Virus record (IMG/VR): IMGVR_UViG_3300028571_000009
DNA from: a virus
Length of the DNA: 64,000 nucleotides
Direction: 5' to 3' (one strand)
Below, piece after piece: positions 18,364-27,716 of this stretch. The notes beneath the pieces are model-generated. The model was not told where the DNA came from. It saw nothing but the letters and a program-made list of their open reading frames with translations, and did not search any database. Position numbers and translations under genes: made by a program. How positions within the stretch are numbered: position 1 is the stretch's first letter; the number at the start of each line of letters is the position of its first letter.

Positions 18364-18669
18364 ATGCAACAAGATGACGTAATACAAAAATTACAGGACG
18401 CACATCAGAAATATGTTGATTGGTGGTTGCCTATCGATGTAGCAGGTGGTTCTTTCATGGCACCGATGTCACTTCACCGATTTTGCGAAACACTACTAAC
18501 ATACGACGGTGGGTGGGGCGGTACTGATGGTGAACAAATCGAGAATTGGTGGGATGCTTGGATGGATGAACATGATATTAATAGTAAAACACGAATGAAG
18601 ATACAGATTCTAAAATTGGTGATAGCACATTACACCGATGTAATAGATTTAAACAAGTCATATGAATAA
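18364..18669 (+). CDS. hypothetical protein
   Basis: Packed ORF. Confidence 0.55.
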   Translation: MQQDDVIQKLQDAHQKYVDWWLPIDVAGGSFMAPMSLHRFCETLLTYDGGWGGTDGEQIENWWDAWMDEHDINSKTRMKIQILKLVIAHYTDVIDLNKSYE

Positions 18670-18802
18670 AGAACAAGCAAAAGACGCACTAATTAAACTT
18701 CTAATGAATCAAGTCGAAGACTTAACCATGATGTCTAAGATTGAATTGGGTGATGATGTAATTGCTGAAATTACACGACTTAAACGCATTATCAATGAAT
18801 AA
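18662..18802 (+). CDS. hypothetical protein, 46 aa (not in ORF track)
   Basis: MNKEQAKDALIKLL...; overlaps neighbours at ATGAATAA junctions. Confidence 0.55.
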   Translation: MNKEQAKDALIKLLMNQVEDLTMMSKIELGDDVIAEITRLKRIINE

Positions 18803-19010
18803 AGAACAATACGCTGTGTTTGAAAAAGAACCAGCACATGGAAGCGAAGTAAACGGTGTTATACTAGCCCCATTCTACACCAAAGAAGAAGCCGAACAAG
18901 CAAGACAAAAATACGGATATGGTAACGAAAATTATTACGTAGATAAAATGAAATTTGATGAAGTCCCTAGAAAAAGTAACAACTCGTACGATGACAAATA
19001 CACTAGATAA
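18795..19010 (+). CDS. hypothetical protein
   Basis: ATG 18795, MNKEQYAVF... Confidence 0.55.
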   Translation: MNKEQYAVFEKEPAHGSEVNGVILAPFYTKEEAEQARQKYGYGNENYYVDKMKFDEVPRKSNNSYDDKYTR

Positions 19011-20265
19011 ACAATACACAGACCTCCTCCAAGACATACTTGATAATGGAGTAAAAAAAGAAACGAGGAATGGTAAAACATTAAGTGTATTTGGCAGAAA
19101 CATTAGATATAAATTTAAAGATGGTAAATTTCCTTTACTTACAACAAAAAGGATTCCTTTTAAAACTATTGTAACTGAGTTATTATGGTTTCTAAGAGGT
19201 GATACAAACATCAAATACCTTGTTGACAACAATTGTCATATCTGGGATGGCGATGCTTATAAGGCCTCCCAGACTCGTAATGGTAAATGTTATTGTGGTC
19301 ATACATCGACTTGCGATTGTGGAGATATCTCGCAGAGTGAGTTTATTGAGCGAATCAAAAATGATGATGAGTTTGCTAAGACGTGTGGTGAATTAGGGCC
19401 AATTTACGGACGTCAATGGAGAAATTGGAATACAAATGCAATAAGTAGAAGAAGTTCTGGTACTATAAATGAAGATGGTATTGTAGAGAATATGATTTTT
19501 ATTGAAGATTCACCAATACATATAGACCAAATCGCAAACCTGATCAACGAACTTAAAACAAATCCAGACTCAAGACGATTAATGGTTAATGCTTGGAATG
19601 TAGGTGAATTAGATCAAATGGTTCTTCCACCTTGTCATTATGGATTTCAAGTTTATACAAGAGAGTTGAGTTTGGAAGAAAGGGAAAATTTGATGGATAA
19701 AATATATGGTTTAACAAAAGAAACCCGAATAGTACCTTGGAATATATTAGATATTAATAAAGCCAACATTCCAACAAGAACGTTCTCATTAATGTGGAAC
19801 CAACGTTCAGTAGACACATTCTTAGGTTTACCATTCAACATTGCTTCTTATGGTTTACTACTTGAAATAATTGCTAAAGCAGTTAATATGGTTCCTGATG
19901 AATTAATAGGAAACTTAGGTGATGTACACCTTTACAGTAACCATGTTGAACAAGCAAAAAAACAAATTGGTAGAGAGTTTACAGAAGAAGAAATACAAGA
20001 ACACTTAATGCAATCAGGTATGGATGCTTTGATGGAGAAACCAAGAATGGAATATATTTCCAAGCTACCAAAACGAACAAGAGAACCATTCCCATTACCA
20101 ACATTAAACATTAATACAGAATTCTGGCTCACCAAGACAGGTGAGTGTGGTGTTGGTGATTTGACTGATAATATCGATGCATTGATTAATGGGATGCAAG
20201 TCGAAGATTTCCAAATAGAAAATTATCAATCGCACGGGACAATTAAAGCACCGTTATCAAATTAA
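18991..20265 (+). CDS. thyA: thymidylate synthase with insertions
   Basis: ELLWFL, GPIYG, SRR, LPPCH, QRSVD, PFNIASY, GDVHLY, IKAPLS; ATG 18991 preferred. Confidence 0.95.
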   Translation: MTNTLDKQYTDLLQDILDNGVKKETRNGKTLSVFGRNIRYKFKDGKFPLLTTKRIPFKTIVTELLWFLRGDTNIKYLVDNNCHIWDGDAYKASQTRNGKCYCGHTSTCDCGDISQSEFIERIKNDDEFAKTCGELGPIYGRQWRNWNTNAISRRSSGTINEDGIVENMIFIEDSPIHIDQIANLINELKTNPDSRRLMVNAWNVGELDQMVLPPCHYGFQVYTRELSLEERENLMDKIYGLTKETRIVPWNILDINKANIPTRTFSLMWNQRSVDTFLGLPFNIASYGLLLEIIAKAVNMVPDELIGNLGDVHLYSNHVEQAKKQIGREFTEEEIQEHLMQSGMDALMEKPRMEYISKLPKRTREPFPLPTLNINTEFWLTKTGECGVGDLTDNIDALINGMQVEDFQIENYQSHGTIKAPLSN

Positions 20266-20271
20266 TTAGTG

Positions 20272-20631
20272 ATGGAAATAAAAAAAGTAGATTACGAATT
20301 AGTAAAACAAACTTTTAAAGACCTAAAACCGGACCTATTAGATGAACACGCTACTTATTACGGTTGTTTAATTAAAGATGAGTTAGCAGGAATAGTTTCA
20401 TATGTTGAACATGAATCTGTTATTTATTTATGTCATGCATATGTTAAAGAAGACTATAGAAATAGAGGCATATATAAAATGCTTTGGAATTACAGAGACT
20501 CAAAGATACGAGAGTCTGAAAAGGTAGTTTATTCCCATTGTAATGTCAATAGTCTAAAATATTTTATAAACAATGGATATGAAATAGAAAAAGCATTATT
20601 TAAAGTTATAAAAATAGATAAACAGTTATGA
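20272..20631 (+). CDS. GNAT acetyltransferase
   Basis: YVKEDYRNRGI acetyl-CoA motif, YFINNGY. Confidence 0.75.
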   Translation: MEIKKVDYELVKQTFKDLKPDLLDEHATYYGCLIKDELAGIVSYVEHESVIYLCHAYVKEDYRNRGIYKMLWNYRDSKIRESEKVVYSHCNVNSLKYFINNGYEIEKALFKVIKIDKQL

Positions 20632-21050
20632 AATTACAAGAATTAAAAGAATGGATAGAATCATTACCGGTTGAATTTCTTGAATACCCAGTTGTATTTG
20701 GTGAATCTATAGATATCGACACGGAATCATGTTATCGAAGGGACTCTGCTATAGAATTGCTATACATCGATGAGGCTGTAGATTGTAAAAGAGCAGTGTT
20801 GGGTGTCGACCTAACACCGCCCGGCGCTATACCATCTCTTGTGGCGGCTACGCAGGAGTTAATTGATAAAACTCTTGAACTTCTCGAACCTACAGTATGC
20901 ACCAAAACAACCGTACAATTCCGTTTTCCAAATGAGACAGAGTATAATGAGCTAAAATGTTTTGATTTTGCTGACTTTGTAGAAGATACAGTATTCGAAA
21001 ATGAGATATCGGGTATGTATACAGGTTCATTCATCATTATTAAGAAATAA
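20628..21050 (+). CDS. hypothetical protein
   Basis: ATGA-coupled ORF. Confidence 0.55.
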   Translation: MKLQELKEWIESLPVEFLEYPVVFGESIDIDTESCYRRDSAIELLYIDEAVDCKRAVLGVDLTPPGAIPSLVAATQELIDKTLELLEPTVCTKTTVQFRFPNETEYNELKCFDFADFVEDTVFENEISGMYTGSFIIIKK

Positions 21051-21085
21051 CATATCGCTGACCTTCTTAGGCAGCGATTAAGAGC

Positions 21086-21114
21086 TTGGTTTCTTCAAGT
21101 AATAATCTTATATT
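21086..21114 (+). promoter_or_regulatory. promoter TTGG-N19-TATATT
   Basis: Family consensus. Confidence 0.6.
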
Positions 21115-21136
21115 AAATACATAATAAAGCAGTTAT

Positions 21137-21361
21137 ATGATAATACCATCAATAGGCGGTACACCGCCCGAACCAAAGCAAATTGATTTCTCCAAAACGA
21201 CCGATATTCTATGCGAATGCGGAAACGATGTATTCATGCCGATGATGAAGTTTAAGAACTTATCAGCAATTGCAAGTCCTAACGGTAAAGCAGGTATAAT
21301 TCCTTGTGAATGCTACGTTTGTACAAAATGTGGTAACATACCTCCGGAATTAGATATATAA
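21137..21361 (+). CDS. Zn-ribbon protein
   Basis: CECG...CTKCG. Confidence 0.65.
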   Translation: MIIPSIGGTPPEPKQIDFSKTTDILCECGNDVFMPMMKFKNLSAIASPNGKAGIIPCECYVCTKCGNIPPELDI

Positions 21362-21373
21362 CAATATTTATAT

Positions 21374-21433
21374 TAAACCGAAGGGTTACCCGGGTTGTGT
21401 TAGTTTCGCAACTACAATGCACCCGGGTTTTTT
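21374..21433 (+). ncRNA. candidate antisense small RNA / terminator upstream of HNH-2
   Basis: AACC-GAAG-GGTT hairpin, 8-bp stem 21388-95/21421-28 plus T-tract; loop 21396-21409 is the perfect reverse complement of 21460-21473. Confidence 0.6.
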
Positions 21434-21474
21434 GATACAGTTTTTGATATTTATATGTAGCGAAACTAACACAT

Positions 21475-22416
21475 ATGAATTACCAAAGAATCTACGATTC
21501 AATTATCAATAATGCAAAGTTATTAGAAGAATCAAGAAAATTACAAAAGAAACAAAAGCTAAATTATTTCGAACGACATCATATTCTACCAAAATGTTTG
21601 GGTGGAAATAATGATAAAAGTAATCTAGTTTATTTGACTGCGAAGGAACATTACTTGTGCCATCGACTACTTGTCGAAATTTATCCCGAAAATAGAAAGT
21701 TGAAATATGCTATTTGGGCCATGATGCGTACAAATACCGAACAACGTAGATACACTCCATCATGTAGAATATATGCTATCATCAGAGAAGAATGGCTTAC
21801 GGCTTTTATTTTAGATAGAAATACCGTTGAATCCAAAAAGAAAATATCAGCAGTACATAAAGGGAAAGTCGTATCAGAATCCACCCGAGATAAAATACGT
21901 GCAGCCCGTAAATTGCAGATACATTATCCCAAAACATTAGAACAAATTACTAAAACTATTAACACCAAGCGTAGATTGGGCAAGCTGGGGCATTCGGGTG
22001 AAACTAAAAGACGTATATCAGCGGCGAAGCTAGGTGGTAAATATCCGCCCATGACTGCGGAACATAAACGAAAAATACAAACTGCTCTGAAAGGTAAGTT
22101 ACGCAGTAAGAGTATATGTCCGCATTGTACTAGATTAGTATCAACGAATAATCAGTATCATTTTGACCGCTGCAAACGCAAACCCGGGAATGAACATATT
22201 ATATTTATACGGTGTAGGTCTAAAAAAGAGTGTCCGTTTTGTAAGTTGATTGTAGATACTGGTAACCGTGTACATTTTGATAATTGTAAGCTTAAGCCGG
22301 GGTATGTATATGTTAAACGTCCGGCGATTAAAGTGACATGTACATGGTGTAACAAAATTGTCGCAAAAGGTAATAGATATCATTTTGCAAATTGTAAAAA
22401 AAATCTTATATTATAG
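21475..22416 (+). CDS. free-standing HNH homing endonuclease, paralog of 3117-3932
   Basis: First 81 aa 80/81 identical to HNH-1; NUMOD3-like and three CxxC...HFxxC repeats. Confidence 0.85.
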   Translation: MNYQRIYDSIINNAKLLEESRKLQKKQKLNYFERHHILPKCLGGNNDKSNLVYLTAKEHYLCHRLLVEIYPENRKLKYAIWAMMRTNTEQRRYTPSCRIYAIIREEWLTAFILDRNTVESKKKISAVHKGKVVSESTRDKIRAARKLQIHYPKTLEQITKTINTKRRLGKLGHSGETKRRISAAKLGGKYPPMTAEHKRKIQTALKGKLRSKSICPHCTRLVSTNNQYHFDRCKRKPGNEHIIFIRCRSKKECPFCKLIVDTGNRVHFDNCKLKPGYVYVKRPAIKVTCTWCNKIVAKGNRYHFANCKKNLIL

Positions 22417-22419
22417 ATA

Positions 22420-22893
22420 ATGGCAACAAGAAAAAAGGTTAATCCGGACTTACCCAAAGTAATGTCCCTATTTGACCACCTAAGTAATCTTAAAGGTAAG
22501 AAAACTCCATGGGCTAAATTATCAGAATCTGACCGTAAGAGTTTCAGCTCGTATATGGTCAATAGATTTCTGAGTATGAATACTGACTATATTGACCTAG
22601 TTAACCAATTGCAAAAATACACAATCGGGTTTCTAGATAATCAGACGGTGTATCAATTATATTGTGATATCTTACCGGTTGATAGGTCGTTTTCTAAATA
22701 CATAAAAGGTAGTAAGGAAGATAAATATGAGCCAGAACTTGTAGAACTGGTAAAAAGGAATTATCTTTCCAGTAAAGATGAAGCCGAAGAATATATCGAC
22801 TTATTAATTCAAACGAACCATAAAGATGAACTCATTAAGATTCTTAAGAAATTTGGAAAGTCTGATAAGGAAATTAAAAAACTTATTCCATAA
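22420..22893 (+). CDS. clamp loader small subunit-like (gp62-like)
   Basis: SLFDHL...YMVNRFLSM pattern; replication context. Confidence 0.55.
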   Translation: MATRKKVNPDLPKVMSLFDHLSNLKGKKTPWAKLSESDRKSFSSYMVNRFLSMNTDYIDLVNQLQKYTIGFLDNQTVYQLYCDILPVDRSFSKYIKGSKEDKYEPELVELVKRNYLSSKDEAEEYIDLLIQTNHKDELIKILKKFGKSDKEIKKLIP

Positions 22894-22896
22894 AAA

Positions 22897-23313
22897 ATGA
22901 AAACATTTGTAGTAGGAGATATACATGGTGCACATAAAGCACTTGTTCAATGTCTGGAACGTTCCGGCTTTGATAATGAAACCGACACGTTAATATCATT
23001 AGGTGATATTGCGGATGGTTGGTCGGAGGTATACGAATGCGTTGAAGAATTGCTGAAAATCAAGAATCTAATTGCTATAAAAGGTAATCACGATGATTGG
23101 GCATTAGAGATGATGCAATTAGGTAGACATCCATCGCTAGAACAAGGTGGAAAAGCTACTAGAGATTCATATGAAAAACATTGGCGTGAAGGTGGACAAT
23201 ACCACCCAGAATCCCATTTGAATTTCTTTAAGTACCAGCATCTTTATTATATTGATGCCGCGAACCGATTATATGTACATGGTGGATTCAATAGGCATTT
23301 CTCATTACGATAA
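22897..23313 (+). CDS. metallophosphoesterase, apparently C-terminally truncated
   Basis: GDIHG, LGDIAD, GNHD, VHGG present; later WxR/GH motifs absent. Confidence 0.65.
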   Translation: MKTFVVGDIHGAHKALVQCLERSGFDNETDTLISLGDIADGWSEVYECVEELLKIKNLIAIKGNHDDWALEMMQLGRHPSLEQGGKATRDSYEKHWREGGQYHPESHLNFFKYQHLYYIDAANRLYVHGGFNRHFSLR

Positions 23314-23374
23314 CAACATTAGTGTACGTAGCAAAACATGAATATCACATTAATAAATTAAAACAATAACAGTT

Positions 23375-23599
23375 ATGACAAAGCAACCAATGCACGTAAC
23401 CGAAGGCAATTTCGGTGGTAAAATCGCAAACTTCAGCAATGCCGAGGAACGCGTTCAAGAACAGAAACACTTGAAGGCATATCTGGCCGGGTATGAGTAC
23501 TACAGAAATGGGTATAAGATGGTAGGCAATGAAAACCACAAAATCAAGGTAACAAACTGGTTACCGGTTTCTAGATTAGAAGTAGAAAATACTAAGTAA
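23375..23599 (+). CDS. hypothetical protein
   Basis: AGTTATG start context, packed. Confidence 0.6.
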   Translation: MTKQPMHVTEGNFGGKIANFSNAEERVQEQKHLKAYLAGYEYYRNGYKMVGNENHKIKVTNWLPVSRLEVENTK

Positions 23600-23600
23600 T

Positions 23601-24320
23601 ATGCTGATAGGAATTAATGGAAAAATAGGAAGTGGCAAGGACACCGTAGGAAGTATGATTCAGTACTTAACTTCTGAATGTTCAAATCCTAATGGTAAAT
23701 ATTTCCGAACATATCAACAATTCGTAGAGAACGGTAACCCGGGTAATAACGATTTTCAACACTGGTATGAGTCGGATTGGGAAATCAAGAAATTCGCTGA
23801 GAAGCTAAAACAAGTAGCGAGTTTACTGACGGGCATCCCACGATATAAGTTCGAAGACCAGGAATTCAAGAAGACCTACTTAGGACCTGATTGGAATATT
23901 TACTTTCCTAATGAAGATAGACCAGAACAAATGTCTGTAAGAACTATGTTGCAGAAACTAGGTACCGAAGCACTTCGAGACGGTCTTCATACTAATACAT
24001 GGGTAAATGCCTTATTCAGCGAATATACATGCTTAGATGACACTAATAGAGCGTCTATGGGCAATGTTATTGATTATAGCGATTGTGAGTTTCCTAAATG
24101 GATAATCACCGATATGAGATTCCCTAATGAATTACAATCGGTAATTGACCGCGGCGGTATTACTATCAGAGTGACGAGACCGGGAACGGGTGTCGGTAAC
24201 CATCCATCAGAGACTGCATTAGATGCGTATACTATGAATTACGAGATTGTCAATGATGGTACATTAGATGATTTGCTAAATAAAGTACGAGCTATACTAG
24301 GTAACTTGAATATTATTTAA
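23601..24320 (+). CDS. deoxynucleoside monophosphate kinase
   Basis: GKIGSGKDT, FAEKLK, LQKLGTE, ITDMRFPNE, HPSE. Confidence 0.85.
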   Translation: MLIGINGKIGSGKDTVGSMIQYLTSECSNPNGKYFRTYQQFVENGNPGNNDFQHWYESDWEIKKFAEKLKQVASLLTGIPRYKFEDQEFKKTYLGPDWNIYFPNEDRPEQMSVRTMLQKLGTEALRDGLHTNTWVNALFSEYTCLDDTNRASMGNVIDYSDCEFPKWIITDMRFPNELQSVIDRGGITIRVTRPGTGVGNHPSETALDAYTMNYEIVNDGTLDDLLNKVRAILGNLNII

Positions 24321-24331
24321 TATATTTAAGA

Positions 24332-25294
24332 ATGTCTAAAAAGAACTTAGCAGACTTAGGGGTCTTACTGCGGGCAACAATTCCCGATAGAAAACCGACT
24401 GATGCTACAATATCATACAGCCAATTTTCAATGTATCAACAATGTCAGCATCATTGGAAGCTACAGTATATTGATAAGATACGAATAGGCGGTCCGAACA
24501 TGTCTCTAGTCTTCGGAACGGCTTTCCACGAAACACTACAAGTTTATCTATATACTCTTTATCATAAGTCGGCTAAAGAAGCTGACCAAATGAATCTCCC
24601 GGAGCTATTACAACAGCGAATGGCTGAGACATACGAGATAGAAGTCCACGCAAATAATAACGGTGAACACTTTTCCACTCCGCAAGAAATGGGTGAGTTC
24701 TATGAAGACGGTATAGAAATATTAACATTCATTCGTAAGCATAGAGCTGATTACTTTAAGGTAATGGGCTGGGAATTACTTGGTGTCGAAATGCCAATAT
24801 ACATTCAAGCAATTGAGAGTAATCCGAATGTTATAATGAATGGATTTATTGACCTAGTGCTTCGTGATACTGTGAATGACGAGATTTGGATATTTGATAT
24901 TAAGACATCTCGTATGGGATGGAATAAGTATCAGAAGGCTGATAAGGGGAAGACCGCACAGCTGGTGCTATACAAAGAATATTTCGCAAAGCAATATGGT
25001 TATAACATTGATAAAATCAATGTGAAGTACTTTATCGTAAAGCGAAAGACTCTTGCTGAAAGCATGTATCCACAAAAGAGAGTGCAAGAATTCGAACCAT
25101 CATCAGGTAAAGTAACTAGAAAGCAATTAGCCGTACAATTTGAGAAGTTCATTACGGAATGTTTTAATCCGGACGGTACTAAGAATACTAATAAGAAGTA
25201 TGTTGCATTTACTAATAATGCAAAAAATTGTAAATGGTGCCCATTTGCAACCAAGTATGACCTTTGCCCGAAAGAAAATAGAATAAATAAGTAA
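24332..25294 (+). CDS. PD-(D/E)XK (RecB/Cas4-like) nuclease
   Basis: SYSQ, C..W, GFIDL, FDIKTS, QL.LY, CKWCPF. Confidence 0.8.
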   Translation: MSKKNLADLGVLLRATIPDRKPTDATISYSQFSMYQQCQHHWKLQYIDKIRIGGPNMSLVFGTAFHETLQVYLYTLYHKSAKEADQMNLPELLQQRMAETYEIEVHANNNGEHFSTPQEMGEFYEDGIEILTFIRKHRADYFKVMGWELLGVEMPIYIQAIESNPNVIMNGFIDLVLRDTVNDEIWIFDIKTSRMGWNKYQKADKGKTAQLVLYKEYFAKQYGYNIDKINVKYFIVKRKTLAESMYPQKRVQEFEPSSGKVTRKQLAVQFEKFITECFNPDGTKNTNKKYVAFTNNAKNCKWCPFATKYDLCPKENRINK

Positions 25295-25295
25295 T

Positions 25296-25793
25296 ATGGT
25301 TCAGGAAATTCCATTTAATAAACTCTTTAATGTATATGCCTGTAAAGGTATGCTTGAAGCTAGGCGCTCACAGAAATCTGACATTACTAAAGTAGCAATC
25401 ATAGGTAGTAGAAACTATCAAAGCACCACTAAGATTCGGGATATGATATTCATGCTCAAGCAGAAATTTTCTGGTAAGGTTGAAATTATATCAGGGGGAG
25501 CGGCCAATGGTGCTGATAGATATGCTAGAAAATATGCATTAGAATTAGGCGTTGATTATGTAGAATTTAATCCGGCACACACTGTTAGGAATTTATATTC
25601 AGCAATGCCTGACGGGTATTATGGGCAGGAGTTTCACGTGTCACAATTATTTCACAGAAATGAATTGATTGCCATATATTGTGACCAAATGATAGCATTC
25701 AGAAGTGTAGGTAAATCGAATGGTACCGACCATGCCGTTAAAATGTCAGAAAAATATGGTAAACCGTTTGTAATCATAGGAGATAAGGTATAA
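25296..25793 (+). CDS. SLOG family (YspA/DprA-like) protein
   Basis: IIGSR, ISGGAANGAD, RNELI, SNGT. Confidence 0.75.
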   Translation: MVQEIPFNKLFNVYACKGMLEARRSQKSDITKVAIIGSRNYQSTTKIRDMIFMLKQKFSGKVEIISGGAANGADRYARKYALELGVDYVEFNPAHTVRNLYSAMPDGYYGQEFHVSQLFHRNELIAIYCDQMIAFRSVGKSNGTDHAVKMSEKYGKPFVIIGDKV

Positions 25794-26080
25794 TGGAAAT
25801 AAATAAAACAATACACTCAGAGCTAGCTAAATTATTCTGGACGCCTGATTCTAGAATGCTATACCAGGATTATGTAAAGATGACTGATAATGATTTAGTT
25901 CGCTATGACCCACATTATCAGGATTGGTATAAGGACATGGTAGAAAATGATGGCGACGCTAGATATTACGATGTATTTTATATTGGTGATAAACATGAAC
26001 CTAAAATATTATGGAAAGGTCACATAAATAGTGTAGACCAATTTAAAAGAGTTTGTGAACAAATTAAAGAATTACAATAA
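25793..26080 (+). CDS. hypothetical protein
   Basis: TAATG-coupled. Confidence 0.55.
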   Translation: MEINKTIHSELAKLFWTPDSRMLYQDYVKMTDNDLVRYDPHYQDWYKDMVENDGDARYYDVFYIGDKHEPKILWKGHINSVDQFKRVCEQIKELQ

Positions 26081-26271
26081 TGAAAGCATTTCTAATCTAC
26101 GCACTTAAATGGCAGCTCGGTATAGTTGTTGCCGTACCGTCAATGTATTTCTTTCATGATTATCTTGGTTGGAATAATATCTACACCACAATTGCTTTCC
26201 AATGCATTGGCGCCTTGGTTTTTTGGAACGTGGATAAATGGATATTCACGAAGATAAATACAGCACAATAA
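26080..26271 (+). CDS. GtrA-like small membrane protein
   Basis: Two hydrophobic helices, FWNVDKWIF; precedes the GT island. Confidence 0.5.
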   Translation: MKAFLIYALKWQLGIVVAVPSMYFFHDYLGWNNIYTTIAFQCIGALVFWNVDKWIFTKINTAQ

Positions 26272-26323
26272 ATTGGTATCTAAAATACTTTTCTTATATT
26301 TATATTAAATAAAGTTACGAACA

Positions 26324-27709
26324 ATGCAAACAAAGAAAAAGAAAATTCTCTTGCTCTCCGACGACCTTCGTCTTAATTCGGGGATAGGAGTAGTATCCCG
26401 AGAATTAGTATTAGGTACATGTCACAAATTTGATTGGGTACAACTAGGTGCCGCGATTAAGCATCCTGAATCAGGTAATGCGGTCGATCTAAGTGAATCA
26501 ATCCGAAAAGATTTCAATATCCCAGACGCATCAGTCAAAATATATCCATCCGACGGATATGGTAATTTAGATGTAATCAGAAATCTTATTAATATAGAAC
26601 AACCTGATTGTATCTTGCACTTCACCGACCCGAGATTCTGGACATGGTTATATGCTGGTGAACATGAATTGCGTCAATCATTACCCTTAGTATATTTGAA
26701 CATTTGGGACAATTGGCCCGCACCGATGTGGAATAAACCATATTACATGTCCTGTGATATGCTGATGGGTATTTCTAAACAAACTGTAGCAATGAATAAA
26801 GCCGTCCTTAAGGGTGAGGGATACATGGATTGGCAATTGCCGTACTTACCACACGGTATTAATGATAAAGTATATTTTCCGATACGTCAGGAAGATACTG
26901 AAGCATATGCTGAAATGCAAGCTCACCGGACAAAGATGGGGATTGCGGAAGATGACTTCGTAGTATTTTATAATGCTAGAAATATTAGACGTAAACATAC
27001 TTCTGATGTTCTATTAGCATTTAAGGAGTTCGTTAATGTATTGCCAAAAGAAAAAGCGAATAAATGTGTGTTACTAATGCATACACAACCGCTTGATGAA
27101 AATGGTACTGACTTATACGCTACACAAGCCGCATTACTTCCAGAATGTAGAATCATATATTCTAGTACCCAGGTACATCCTAAGGTATTAAATTATGCAT
27201 ACAACATTGCAGATGTAACTATTAACCTAGCCTCTAATGAGGGGTTCGGTTTAGGTACGGCCGAATCAGTGATGGCCGGTACACCAATTATCGTAAATGT
27301 AACCGGTGGATTGCAAGACCAATGTGGATTTAAGAAACATGATGGTTCATTTCTAACGGTAGATGATTACTCAGAAGAGTGGGGTAGTAATAATGATGCG
27401 AAGTATAAAGAATGCGGTGATTGGGCCTTCCCAGTATTTCCCGCAGTTCAAACTATGCAAGGTTCTATACCAACACCATACATATGGGACGATATAGCTT
27501 CATATAAAGATGCAGCTGCAAGGTTACTTGAAGTGTATGAGTTGGGATATGAAGAACGAAAAGGTCGTGGATTAGCCGGTCGCGAACATTTCCTTAAGGA
27601 TGAAACAATGCTAAGTGCTGTCAATATGAGTAACGCATTTATCAAGTATATTGATACAGCATTAGAGCAATGGACACCAAGAGAAAGATTTACATTAGAA
27701 TTAGTATAA
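26324..27709 (+). CDS. glycosyltransferase, GT4-like
   Basis: SDDLR..SG, PHGIN, RNIRRK, EGFGLGTAES. Confidence 0.85.
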   Translation: MQTKKKKILLLSDDLRLNSGIGVVSRELVLGTCHKFDWVQLGAAIKHPESGNAVDLSESIRKDFNIPDASVKIYPSDGYGNLDVIRNLINIEQPDCILHFTDPRFWTWLYAGEHELRQSLPLVYLNIWDNWPAPMWNKPYYMSCDMLMGISKQTVAMNKAVLKGEGYMDWQLPYLPHGINDKVYFPIRQEDTEAYAEMQAHRTKMGIAEDDFVVFYNARNIRRKHTSDVLLAFKEFVNVLPKEKANKCVLLMHTQPLDENGTDLYATQAALLPECRIIYSSTQVHPKVLNYAYNIADVTINLASNEGFGLGTAESVMAGTPIIVNVTGGLQDQCGFKKHDGSFLTVDDYSEEWGSNNDAKYKECGDWAFPVFPAVQTMQGSIPTPYIWDDIASYKDAAARLLEVYELGYEERKGRGLAGREHFLKDETMLSAVNMSNAFIKYIDTALEQWTPRERFTLELV

Positions 27710-27716
27710 TAAAGTT

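Noticed and set aside
18991-20265. ThyA paralog acting as a dCMP/dUMP hydroxymethylase for pyrimidine modification
   Set aside because: Retains PFN (dUMP-specifying Asn) and all canonical ThyA motifs, and is not linked to modification genes.
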